In this document: piece after piece, positions 1 to 12,687 of the stretch
Numbering within the stretch: the stretch's first letter is position 1
Layout: each line of letters opens with the position of its first letter
Assembly (NCBI GenBank): GCA_964016885.1
Contig: OZ024740.1
Location: 136,648,001 to 136,712,000, forward strand
Source of the DNA: Eledone cirrhosa
Taxonomy: Eukaryota
Direction of reading: 5' to 3'
DNA length: 64,000 bases
Notes under the pieces: generated by a model
Seen by the model: only the letters and a program-made list of their open reading frames with translations
The model's database searches: none
Told to the model about the DNA's origin: nothing
Program-made: the position numbers and the translations under genes

Positions 1-158
1 CGAAAGTCCTGTGGAAGAGAATGGCTAGTTGATTTTCCTCAATGCCCAGAGTTTCCTCAAGAACGTCATCACTTTTACCCATCACTAACGCCTCTATAGA
101 ATGCCAAGGTGGAATTTTCACTGATCGTAGTGCCTGATTGGCTGAGGGTTGTAAGCAC
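1..158 (-). CDS. Probable internal exon of an unidentified gene downstream of CAD (runs off window)
   Basis: atcttcag acceptor; one frame open for 52 codons (CLQPSANQALRSVKIPPWHSIEALVMGKSDDVLEETLGIEENQLAILFHRTF); coding-like composition, no repeat recognised. A shorter reading ending at GG|gtaaaa near 78 is also possible. Confidence 0.5.
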
Positions 159-1659
159 CTGAAGATATATATACATATATTTACAATGAATTTTTGCGCA
201 ATTTCTATCTACCAGATTTCAAACCCATGTTTATAGAAGAAGAAACTTATCCAAGGTACCACTTAGTGGGATCAAACTCAAACCATGTAGTTGTTGAGCA
301 AACTAATTGTACAGTCATGCCTGTACAACTTGCATAACAAATAGCTTGAATTCTATGCAACTTTTTTTCTAAAACAAACTGCATCTTTTTTATTATTTTA
401 GCAATTGCTATTTCAACTTTCATCTGTCAGCATCAATTGAATACAGTGCTAATTTAGATATTTGCTTGAAATTGATAATTTTTATATTCCAAATACTTTT
501 CCTACACCCCTTTACCTCCCTAGCCTAACCAAGGAAACACTGAGTGCCCTAATGTTGTAAAGAGGTAGTGCTGATCCCATGATAAAATGCACCCAGCCAA
601 CCCACTCTGTAAGGTAGTGTTGGAGTCACAATAAAATGCTCACAGTACACAGTATAAGGTGGTTAGTTTTAGGAAGGGCGTCCATACATAGAATTAGAGT
701 GTATGAGCAAGACATAGTCACGTGACCTGTCTAGTCTCAGTATGTGGCAGCCTATTTAACCCATGTAAGCATGGAAAATAAACATTGTATAGTGACGATG
801 ATGATGATGATAACGAGGTCATTTCAAAGTGAAGTGGGACTTATGATTTTTTAATGAATGGCTTAGTCAGAGGATTAAATAACAGCACCCACGGCTCTTT
901 TTGCAAGGCCCAGAAGGTTGCTGGGAATGAATGAAGTATAATCATTGTTTTATGCATGTTAACATTACACATGGAATGAATCATAACAAACTTCTCTGAA
1001 GCTGCAATGTTTATCTCTCTGACATCATACTTCATTCACAAACCGAGAAAGAAGCTCTTTCTTGCCAAATGAAATAGTAGCTCTCTGAACGTTTTACTTT
1101 GGTAACTTCACGTTACAGCCTTATCCACTACTAACCAGATCATCTAGGTAACAGAAACTACCATCTATACTTCAGTAGATAGGCTTGTCTCAGGAAGTTT
1201 CTTAGCCTTATTTATTGTTGCTCTTACTGATAACTATTTTTGTACACTTAGCACATCTGAAGTTTTAGTTTTCAGTTACTCAAATCCTGTTGCGTATTTT
1301 GTTTGTGCTTAATGCACTGTATCAAGTTCCTATGTATTCCCTATATATTGAGCAAAGTCACATAACAGATGTTATTGAAATTTGTAGTCACTGTTACTCT
1401 TGATTTTTGTTGTTGTTGACCCTAGGACTTTGTAACTATTTTGCATCATCGGACTAGAAAGCATAGCACTCTGTTCTTGTCCAGTTAAAAAATACACTGT
1501 AAACTGATTTGTTCTTTGGTAAGAATTTTTTTCTTGCAATTGTTTCAAATGGCCTTTGTAATTATGTTTTAGCACAAACCAAAGCTGCATTTTATCTAAG
1601 TTAAATCTTTCATATGAATGGCAAATTCTTCGCTTGTGAAGATCAGTGGGAAGAATTGT

Positions 1660-1975
1660 TGTCCAGTTCCATGCGGTGACATACACTGAGGTGACTGTAG
1701 AGGCCAATCCTTGACCCACAGGCTCTGGTACAGTTGGGGCAAGTGTATACTTGGTCAGTTGGTGGTTGGGTGGTGGACAGCTTTGATTTTTGTCTTCAGC
1801 TGCCACCTTCCTGCCCTCCTCAAAGCTGGCTGCAGGTGTTTTGATGGTCATTCTCCATTTCCCTGTCTTCTGCCAGGTGTTCCCATTCCCTGTAATCAAT
1901 ATTGCCTTGGATCAGCTGGCGCTTGAGTTGGTTCTTGAAACATTTTCGGGGGAGGGGGGGGGGGCTTGGTTTTGA
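1660..1975 (-). mobile_element. RTE-clade LINE 3' fragment with C-terminal Cys/His motif
   Basis: Frameshifted KCFKNQLKRQL..WEHLAEDR..WRMTIKT..SFEEGRK..YTCPNCTRACGSRIGLYSHL, typical RTE ORF C-terminus. Confidence 0.7.
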
Positions 1976-3229
1976 TTGCCTTGATGTAGTTCACCATAGA
2001 AAACTGACGTAGTTCACTATAGAAACATGCCTTATGCATGAGACATAACCTACCCAACGGAGCTGTCTCAACATCAGTATGCTCTCATCTTTCATATACT
2101 AACCTTTTAAAATCTCCTGCTAATTCTAAGACATGGCCCATCTATTTGAAGTCTTTAATTGCCTCTCCCCAATACAAAGATAATAATGCTATGCTAGTCA
2201 TTAAAAAGAACAGTTCCTTTAGTACCTCCATATGGTGATGTTTTCAACAACCCAGCAACTATACCTAATGGTCATGGCATTTTTTCCTGTCTTCAACACC
2301 CTTATAGCCTTATTAACCTAAATAGCTGGCCCCTCTGTTAATTTAACTGGGTAACTCTTTACTATCCTACCTATATTCTTTATTGAACACTTCTGTGTCT
2401 CTTTAATTTCCCTGTTATTGAGGAGAAACATGCCAGTGTTTCAGACACTCTTCAATCTAAAGTCTATCACTAATTTATGTTAAAGAGTATGTCCCTCGCA
2501 GGGAGAAGATTTGGTGTTCACAGCAATCTATCTGACTTTGCATTGACCAGACAATAATATAATTAATGCCTTCCTTTGTGTTGGGCCTTTAATTCTTATA
2601 GGAGTCATAGGGGTACCATCGGAATATATGGCATATCTTGAGCATTTTAAACCTGGCAAAATACACTCCTCTCCCAGTCTAACAACAGCCAATTTCTTCG
2701 AAAGAGAAAAAGAGAGAAGTGTCAACCCCAGTACTAGATTGGTACTTTATTTATTGAGCTCAAAGGGATGAAAAGCAAATTCAGAGCGCACAGACCTGGA
2801 ACAAATACCACAACAATATTCTATCTAACACTTTAACAACTCTGCCAACTCACTATCTTAATATAGTCTATACACACCAGTGTATCCATATTAGTGTTTC
2901 CTTAACATAGACATTGAAATATTTCTCGTTATGATGATGACAATATTGCTGTCATGAGTCAATAGAAGAGCCTCTTTGATCACTTGACTAGTTAGAAATT
3001 GAAATCATATATCTCTCTCAAATCACAAAACTTGCTAAATAACTACAACCTTAGGAATTTGAGATATTATGAATTTTCTGTCAGCTAGAAAGTTATTGTG
3101 TTTTTTAATCTCAGTTTATTAGCTGCTAGATGAACAGTAAGTAATTTGAGCCACTGAAAAAAAAAAATTAAAGAAAAAGTATTTTGAAAATAAGTGTATT
3201 GCTGGCAGTTTTCTTTACTATAGCCAGAA

Positions 3230-3960
3230 TTTGAATGGGGTAGAAATTTAGGGAGATAGTACCTCTGCTGACAACAAAAGGTTTTTCTCTCAGAGTGAAA
3301 GATAGACTATACGATGTTTGTGTGCAAAATCCGACGCTACATGGAAGTGAGACATGGGCCTTGACTACAAAAGATCAGCAAAGGCTAGAATAAATGAAGT
3401 GAGCATGCTTCTGTGGATGTGTAATGTTGGTGTGCATAAACAATATAACATATGTGAGCTGAAAGAAAAACTCTGTATATATATCCGATCATCATCATCA
3501 CCATTTTACATCTATTCTTCCATGCTATCATGGGTTAGATGAGTTGTCCTGCTGTGGGCAATGCCAGGTCAGGTGACCAGGGCTTGCTCATACAGAACTG
3601 ATTTTGGCTTGATTTCTACAGCTGGATGCCCTTCCTAACACCAACCTCATTTACAGTGAGTACTGGGTTCTTTTTACTGTGGCACCCACATGACCAAGTT
3701 TACAGTGTGGACTGGGTGCTTTTTGTTGTGACGACCACTTTACAGTGGGAGGGAATGGCATACTGTCTATATGCTTCTGCTTCAAGCAAAAAAGAAGACT
3801 CAGCTGGTATGGAAGATAACAGCAGTATAAAAAAGTACAGGGACATTTCTGTGGATGGGACACATTGAAAAGGGAGGCTTTGGAAGACATGGTATGAAGT
3901 AGTGAAGACTGATCAAGATGACAAAGGACAGTAAGCCTTAGTAACATGTAGTACTGGAGA
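3230..3960 (+). mobile_element. Degraded fragments of the dominant RTE LINE, interrupted by an inverted 3'-tail copy (about 3490-3750)
   Basis: KFRE..PLLTTKGFSLRVKDRLYD..LHGSETW remnants matching the 60713-61555 copy. Confidence 0.75.
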
Positions 3961-4964
3961 AGACTCGCCTACTGGTATAAAACAGTGCAGGTTGTGGCCT
4001 GACTCATTCATAGCCAGCTCCTTCCATCATTGCTCTTTAGTAACCATTCACATCACCCTGTTAAAACCCTTCTCCTCTCCCACACCATCCTGTTAAACTC
4101 ACCACACTCATATATACCCATGGGATACTTTCTTTTCTTTTATATCCCTACATTTATTGTCACATACCCATGACAGCATTCTTATTATCATTCTTATTTC
4201 CATTCTGCTCTCACCCACAAAACAATCCCCAAACCCTACTATAAGGTAAAGTGGGCTCTTCATTTGAATCAGTAACTAACAATCTCCTTAGTGCTAGTGA
4301 CATGATAAATGCACCCAGTACCCTCTGTAAAGTGTTTGGTGTTAGGAAGGTTGTGTCACCATAGAAACTATGCCAAAAGTGTTGAGAGAACTCTTCAGTC
4401 ACAGACTCAACAACCTCTAGTGCTAATGCCATGAAAAAATGCACCTGGTATACTCTGTAAAATGGATGGCCTTAGGAAGAACATTCACCCATAGAAAAGC
4501 TGCCAAATACAGAGTTGAGGGGGGCCCTTCAGTTGTGTCAAGGACACAGCAACCTCCCTAGTGCTAGTGCCATGATAAAACGCACATGTAACACATGTAG
4601 TCAAGGTCAATAGATCCACCTGAGTACTGACTTGATCTGTAACAACCTGCCCAAATGAGGCTAGCATGGAGAAACAAGCATTAAATGTTGGTGATAATGA
4701 TGACGATGTGAATAAAAAGTCTGAGTGAACATCTTAATGGGCACCTGCCTTTGGTAGTCCTGATTCATACACTGTTCAATTTCCTGACATTTGTACATTA
4801 TTCTATGTACTATACATGCATTTTTGATAAGTTGTAGTGCCCCTGAGCACTGTACACAATAACTTTGCCTTTCATCCTTACGTGGTTGATAAAATAAAGT
4901 ACCAGTAATGTACTGGGTAATTGCTGGCCTTGTGCCAATAGTAGAAACAATTATTTATTATAAA

Positions 4965-5160
4965 GGGGCGGTGAATTGGCAGTATCGGTAGAGGGTCGGA
5001 CGCCATGCTTTCCAGCATAGTTACGTCCCTTTACGATCTGAGTTCAAATCCGACTGAGGTTAACTTTGCCTTTCATCCTTACGGGGTCGATAAAATAAAG
5101 TACCAGTAATGTACTGGGTAATTGCTGGCCTTGTGCCTAAAATAGAAACAATTATTTATT
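4965..5160 (+). mobile_element. SINE family 1 (tRNA-like head, Nin/Deu-like core), preceded by a tandem partial copy at 4860-4960
   Basis: B-box GAGTTCAAATCC and core GCCTTTCATCCTTACGGGGTCGATAAAATAAAGTACC; near-identical copies at 15676, 37300, 51925 and many decayed copies on both strands. Confidence 0.8.
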
Positions 5161-6228
5161 ATAAAGGAGCTCTAACTCTAACTGGACAATCTAAACAGCT
5201 AAAAAGAGGATAGTCAAATGTAGCATAAGATAAACTGTCTGAAGAGACAGAATAGTCACCTATTCAACATTATGGTTAACACATCTTGAAGTAAATTGCA
5301 CAATCACTTCAAAATCAATGTTTTATTCTCTGGGAGTATGATTGATAGATGAGCAAATATAGAGATCACAGATGCTATTACATAGATTAGTAAAATTTAA
5401 ACTAGTAACATCCTGACTATCTTAGTCACTATATCTACCCATTTCTCTGTTAAGAATATACCTACACTACCCACACAATAGTTGTTGCCCACCCAGTAAT
5501 TCTTGCATCAGCGTTCTTTGACTACAAAATGTTATACTGAAGAATCGTCATCATACTGATAGTACACATCTCTGGATCTCAATTATTTTATCCTATCAAC
5601 TTTTCATTATCCTATAATCTATTTACAGTAGGTAGGTAGATTCAACTATTGAGAGATATACTATGTAATATATGCTGTGTAGTATATGAACTTGACTTTT
5701 CAAGTCAAGAACCAGCCCTTCTTACACCTCACACCTATATAGGTTTAATCAGCCTCCTATGCATTGCATAGGAGGTGTTTTGGTGATAAGAGGCAGGATT
5801 TCAACTCAGAACAGAGCCAGAAGAGATACACACAACTCTAACAATTTTGCTAATCCACCACCGTGGACTAGTACTTTATTTATTGACCCCCAAACAGATG
5901 AAAGGATAAGTTGACTTTGGAAGAAATTAAATTCAGAGCACAAACAAATACTATAAGGCATGTAATCAGATGCTGTAATAACTCTACTAATTTCCTGCCT
6001 TCAAGAACCAATAGGCATTCTGTTTAGTTCTGATTGAGCTAGACTTAAGATATTCCAGCCATAATAATCCTACACTTTTCTTGAATGTATTGTATGGAGT
6101 ATTACATTCTTAATTCTCTGATAGTGGGGTGTGAGGAGGGAGATTTAGCTGCAACACTGATTAGCTGTTCAATTACTTTCAGCATATCTTCCAGTCCTAC
6201 TTACTTCTAGCTAAGCTAATTACATATA

Positions 6229-6369
6229 CTAACATGTTCTTCATTGAAATTGAATTCTTTGAAAAGTTACATTAGGAAGAAGCACATATATGGTAAATCC
6301 TAACATGTTCTTTATTGAAATTAAATTATTTGAAAAGTTACATTAGAAAGAAGCACACATATGGTAAAA
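6229..6369. repeat. Tandem duplication, 2 x about 70 bp
   Basis: ctaacatgttct.tattgaaatt...gaaaagttacattag.aagaagcac.tatatggtaaa repeated head-to-tail. Confidence 0.9.
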
Positions 6370-6989
6370 CTAGATTTGGAAACAAATTTAAATACCAAAT
6401 TAGTTCACTCACTAATTTTACCCCAATATTTAGTATAGATCAACAGCTGTTACATACTTACACACTTTAGAATAAATGAAAAAGTCATCTAATTGATTAG
6501 CAAACTTTCCCAGCATATGATTATTTGGGTGCAAGCACAACATTCACCTCATAGCTATTTAGTTTTAGATTTGACCAAAACCTTGTGAATGGAATTTGCT
6601 AGCTGGAAACTGGATGCCTGTTGGAGAGTTTTTCTTTGTCTTGAGTCATATATTTAATGTCTATTTAACATAACCATTTAGCCTTCAGAGCTCACTTTTG
6701 CAAGCATTCAATCCAGGTCTTGTCAAGAATAACTGTTGGCCTGAGAAAAATCATAGGTATTGCCTTTCTTTCTCCTGACTAAGCTATTAACCCTTTTGAT
6801 ACCAACCTATCCAAATCCCTCCCTGTTTCTTTATAGGGTTCCTACTAATATTAAAACTTTCCAACATAACTTTAAATAAGAACATTTTGTTATGTTACAA
6901 ATACCATCTTAATGAAATAATTATAATTTTAGTAAATCTTTCCCAAATTCTTTAAATAAATAAAAAAACAAAGTATGGGATTGATAGAC

Positions 6990-7640
6990 AGCTTCTTGTT
7001 CTGCAGTCTCTATATGAATACCCTGGTGATTGTGTTCCAGTAAATGGTGCTAAGTTAAAGCCATTCAATTTGTGAGTCAGACCCCGCCAAAGGTGCATAC
7101 TGTCATAACCTTCGTGAACGGGATTGATACACACAGTCAGGTTGGAAGTGGTATCAAGATCAGTGGATGTAGGATCAGTCAGCTGGAATTTGCATGGCAG
7201 GAATAAAAATCAGTGCTGTGAATACTGAGACACTCATCCTCTTAAGGAAACCTGTACAGTGCACTCTACATGTGAGTGGCGTTCCACTGAAGAAGTTCAA
7301 TTATTTCAGGGCAGTATTCACAAGTGATGGGACGCAAGAAGCTGAATTAAATGCAAAAATTGCAGGAGCTGGTGCAGTAATGTAACGTTACTTGATAGAG
7401 TGTGTAGGTCGGAGATCAGAGATTCAATACTTGTTTGGATTGAGAAATCACAGCTCCAATACTTATAAACAAATTTTATGGGCAAAAAACCAACCAGTAG
7501 GAGACCCAGAGGTAGAACTCAAGCAAGATAATTGAACAAGATCCATGAGCTCAGCTATCCAACCAGATCAATTGGAGACAGAACCTGCTGGAAGGCATAC
7601 TTGAGGACTCTGCTACCATGACCCTCCCAGGAATAAATGG
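6990..7640 (+). mobile_element. Degraded RTE (Expander/Rex3-like) LINE fragment
   Basis: AGIKISAVNTETLILLRKPVQCTLHVSG..FNYFRAVFTSDG..ELNAKIAGAGAVM resembles Expander-type RT C-terminus; related pieces at about 30400-30810 (+) and 49650-50230 (-). Confidence 0.7.
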
Positions 7641-9127
7641 ACAAAGGTAACAAAGGAATTAAAAAGCACCTTTACCTCTGTTGTCTACAATTATTACTAT
7701 GATTCCTGTTCCTGTAAGTGACTAAGCCTACCTGCCTATCTCATACCCAAACTTTTCTCCCTAGAGACATATCACCCTTGTAGCCCACTGCTAACAAAGA
7801 TCAAATTATAACCCGAGGCTATAATAGAAGACACTTCACCCATGTGCCACAATTTTCAGAAGTTTGGACTTAAATATCATCTGTATCCACTTCGCTAATG
7901 TAGGAAGCCCTACAAAGACTAGTGATACCCTTCTTCCTTACATTATCTAATAAGAAAAACAGATGACTCACCTCTGATTTTATTTAACAATCAATCTAAA
8001 TTTTAAACTCAGAATTGGTTGTTGTTTTTTTGAGTAACAGATGACGAAGATCTAGAGCAAATCAACACATCTCTCTTCAAGCTATATTCAACTTGTGAGA
8101 TTAAACTCCAAGCTAAACATATGTCCGTTTTTAAGAGATGTAATTGTGTATAGCAGCAATGGCTGTTTTACCCTGCACAAAACCTGTTTAGTTTAGTTAT
8201 TTCAACTCTATGAACCACCTCTTTCAGACAGTTGTCCAGTCTCCTATCGCTTTCACCTTCCACTATCTATTCATGAGAGGATGTAATATAAGTACATTTA
8301 CCAGAGATATGCAGTGCCTGTCTGTGTTGGTGCTAGTGAATGTAATAATATAGAAATACTAGAAATGTGATTTACAGAGCAGAAATCCATTTCTTCCATT
8401 GCAAGGAGAATTACTGTAAGAATTCATTAAAAATAGACTGCTTTAGCACATGTTTAGCATACCTTAAACCAGGATAAAGGATAAGATATCAAATAACAAA
8501 CACTTAATACCAATGATTGAAATTAACACATTTGGAACAGTAGCAGCTCTGATTCTAACATAATTACTTACCAAAAGTAATTATAGTTGGCGAAGTCTAA
8601 AATTAGGATTGAAGTGCAGGCATGGCTGTGTGGTTAAGGATCTTTCTTTACAATGATATGGTTTGGGGTTTGATCCCATTATGTGGCACATTGTACATAA
8701 GTTGGCTGATAACTAACTTCACTGAGAAAGCTAGGAACACGTCTAGTTATTCTAATAATTATCTGAAAGTCATCAACCAATATTATTATTTTTTTTAATC
8801 ATTAGGGTGGTGGATTATCAGACATGTTTGACGAATGTTTAGCCATATCTGTTCCAGCTCTTTACATTCTGAGTTCAAATCCTGCCAAGGTTAGCTTTGT
8901 CTTTCATCCTTACAGGATTAATTTAATCAACTTTGCCCTCCCTCAAAGTTGCTGGCCTTTTGCCTAAATCAGAAACCACTATTTTTTTTAAAAAAAAATC
9001 ATAGCATATTAATTTCTAAAGGAGACTTCACAGAATATCGATAAATTAAATTATGGTGAGAACTAAGTAGTCAAATGCAATTTCCAGACTTTATTAGATA
9101 TGCCTTTGATTTTTAATGTGTAGTGCA

Positions 9128-9313
9128 TTAACCCTTTAGCATTTAAACTGGCTGTATCCGGTCAAAATTCTCTCACCTCTTTCTGTTCAAACTGGCCACA
9201 TACGATGTTATTGTTCTCAAAATAAATAATATCAAAATCTCATAGATTCAATATTATGTGAGATAAAGCCTTTACCATGAAAATACAATAGTAAATATAG
9301 AGTAATGGGTTAA
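9128..9313 (+). mobile_element. piggyBac-type MITE
   Basis: TTAA-CCCTTTAGCATTTAAA ... GGG-TTAA; same family as 41896-42624 and about 13380-13575 (-). Confidence 0.7.
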
Positions 9314-12300
9314 ATACACTAACATCTACTTAAAATCTTATAGATTATGCAAGTGATGCACAATGAGTTTCGTCCCACAGCATTGTTCCTTCCGTATTCC
9401 ATCACTTTCATCCTTCCTCGACACAACCCAATCATCTCATTCTATTCATCATTGGCTCTATTACCATCATCTGCTGCAATTCATTGCCTTCTTCTCTCAG
9501 TGATACTCCACTTATTCAACAAACCATTCTCATTTCTGTTCTATCCAGCCTTCTCTGCTGCTCTACATTCATCTTCCATAAATCATGGCATTAATCACAC
9601 CTCTCCCTTCTGCTTCAGCAACACTTCCTTAATTAGCACATTTCATTTTATAGTTATTAAAATTACAGTAGTGGTGTTTATTTGTAAAACAGTTAAATAT
9701 TTCATGGATTTGGGAAAATAGTTGAAAGCTTCTGCAACAAAAGAAAGAGATCAGTTTTCTTGTATAATGCAATGAATACTTTAATTTAAAGAATCAGAAA
9801 AAAAAGGTAGTGGATTGGTAGAATTATTAGGGGCCTAGACCAATGCAGTATTTGTTCCAGCTGTTTATGTTCTGAATTCAACTTTGCCTATCATCCTTCT
9901 GAAGTTGACAAAATAAAGTACCAGTTAAGTACTGGGGTAGATGCAGTTAACTTTCCACTCCCTTTGTTAGAAAGAATTTAATGTATCAGATGTTTGGTTG
10001 GTCTAACAACTTAATGCTCAATGTTAAAACTGACAGGATCCATCAATCATCTTTAATGTAGACTGATGTAAACCATTGAAATCTTGCTCCATTGTTTTTT
10101 ATAGCTTCATATCAGCCTTGAGAATCCTGACGTTTTTTCCAGAAATGGTGTACCTTGTAATATGTTGCCTGTGTCACTTTTTTTTCCCTCAAGATAGGAC
10201 ATGATTTATTAAGAAACGTTACCTAGTTCCACAATAAAACACACCCAATACATGTGAAATGGCTGACATTAAGAATGGCATCCAGCCATAGAAACCATGC
10301 CACAATGGAACATATGAGACAGTCACCTGACTTGTTTTGGCTTCCGAACATAACCTGTTTATCCTATGCAGTAATGGAAAATAGATGTATGATGTCATTT
10401 TTCTATCCAATCACTGGTAACAGGTTTCTAATGAGCCAATCACTGTAGTTATATTGGTGAAAGTGATAAGGGATTCTCGATGCTTATTTGAAAGAACTAG
10501 CCAATTGGTTTCCATCTTTTGTTGCAAGATGTAGGCATACAATAGGCTTCACTTAAATCCCAAGGCTACAGTAGAAGACTGCCATGAGATCAAACATAAC
10601 ACCACATTATTACAAAATGAACTCTAACTATACGGCTATGAAGAGAAAATGAGATTTAGCTAATTTTCTAGGTTGAGGGACCAGGGAGATGTTCCCACCC
10701 ACTAAATTTCATTTTATAAGTAGATGGAAAGTTAATAGTCTATTATACTGCTCATAAAGATTCCCCAAATTCTTGGTCGAATATACAGAGATTGACCTAC
10801 AATAAGAGCAGCTGAATTCACACCTAACATAAATTGCTGAGATTACACATTAACCTCAAAACCCAAGAAAGCATGCATACAACTGGATCTATAAAAAACT
10901 TACTAACAATATTCATTTGTGGCTTTTGTTTTTAAAACATGCAATTTGCGAGAGATTTAGCTACCTTTGCTAGTTTTATCAGGTACAGACTCATTGGCTT
11001 AGTTATATTTTATGTGCGGTTTTAGATTAAGATTCAGAATATATCTCTTTTGTGTAAGGTTCAATATCCTCAAGTTTGTAAGCCTCCCTTGATTGCTGCT
11101 TAGCCTTAAGTGATGGTTACTCTGTATGCTATGATGTTTTTGAGAAGAGACTTAACAGTCACCAAACTCTAAAATACAAAAATCACTTTAAGATGTTATA
11201 TGCAGGTATTTGTTCTGCTAACAAGAATTGGAATGTGCTTGTTATGATCCATATGCTACTTGGTCGTTTTTCAAACTGATGGTGTAGTGGCAGAACACTG
11301 TGTGTATGTAGCTTAGTACAATCCTTTAATAATGCATTTGTTTGTCTTCAACAACTTTCATCTCCATATGGGATAATCCACAACATAAATGAAACACTGG
11401 TTAATTTGGCTTTGCTATTGGTCCCTGTTAACTGCTTCATTAAATTTAGTATTTCATTTGACTAGATCTTTATAAACTCTTAACATCTGTAATAATTTAG
11501 CAGAAAATGTCTAAAACCAAGTTTGTTAATTCAAATGTTTATAGTAGTGAACAAACTTGTGAACATTTGCAGTATTAGAGTAAAGACTAATTTTTAATGT
11601 GATGCAGTCACAATGCTGTTTTGTTTTATACTTTTCAAAAAAAGTCTTACTAATGTAATACATGACATAAAGAGTTAACTTGAGAAATGAATGTTTTTTT
11701 TTTTGTGTGTATATTTTACAATTGGTTTGGTCTGAAGAGGCTGATTGCCTTCAAAATTAAGACACACACACACAGCCGAAACATATTGCAAGGCATTCTG
11801 TCTGATTCGAAAGGACAAGTTGATCTTGACAGTTTGAATTCAGAATACAGAGAACCAAAACAAATACCACAAGGTATTAAATAATACCTCTGCCAATTCA
11901 CCTTTAATATCTATATGACAGTGTTCCAATATGGTCGCAGCCAACTGGCTGGAAGCAGTCAAAAAGTAAAACATGCACATGTGCTTATAAAAATCTCCAG
12001 TGAATCATATTACAAAATGATTAGTAATATAGGTTGAATGTCTCTACAAATTTAAACAACAAATAAATGATAAAAGAAAAACAAAACAACCAATCCCAGT
12101 ATGTAAATTTCTTTTTTTTATTTTGCTTTATTTATAATTTTAGTTGTTAGTGTGTGTGTTATTGAGTGGAAAAGCAGGAGGGCTGACAGGAGTTGTGGGG
12201 AATATTTTAAAGGCAGCGGGAAGTTGGGGGTCTGAAAAAAAACTGACAGATCTGTAAGTTGGCAGCAAAGAAGACTGTATCCCAACGGATTTTAGGAGTT

Positions 12301-12532
12301 GAGTATTTGCTTTCTTCTGTACAAGGGGAAAGGCAATGCTCTAGATTGTGGCTCTTATTGAGATATTGGAGCATGGAATGAAGATACAGGAGTGTTAAAG
12401 AAGAGAATAAGAAAAAAAAAAGGGGGGGGGGGGTAATCGATGAAATGCAGTTTAGATTTGTTCCAAGAAGACGAACGACTGATGCTAATGTTAATTTGTT
12501 AGTGAAATATTAAACAAATCAGATTAGGTCAC

Positions 12533-12538
12533 TTTATT
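12533..12538 (-). promoter_or_regulatory. Candidate CAD polyadenylation signal AATAAA
   Basis: First AATAAA about 47 nt after the stop; further copies near 12115-12135; common by chance in AT-rich DNA. Confidence 0.4.
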
Positions 12539-12584
12539 TCGTGGTTGTCAGATATAATTCATATATGTATTTATGGATGTGTAA

Positions 12585-12687
12585 TTAAGCCCTTCCAAGT
12601 GTCATAGCAAGAAGTGCCATCCGAACAAACATACCATTCTCAGCCTGGCGGAAGTATGCAGCGCGAGGGTCAGAGTCCAAGGCAGTG
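12585..12687 (-). CDS. CAD: CAD terminal coding exon: [33 protein letters not shown]
   Basis: ttcag acceptor, phase 2 entry, TAA at 12587-12585; canonical CAD C-terminus. Confidence 0.97.

Noticed and set aside
1372-1899. 175-aa ORF as a host gene
   Set aside because: Its start is a frameshifted RTE tail and the rest lies among decayed retroelement remnants; a Penelope-like resemblance was too weak to call.
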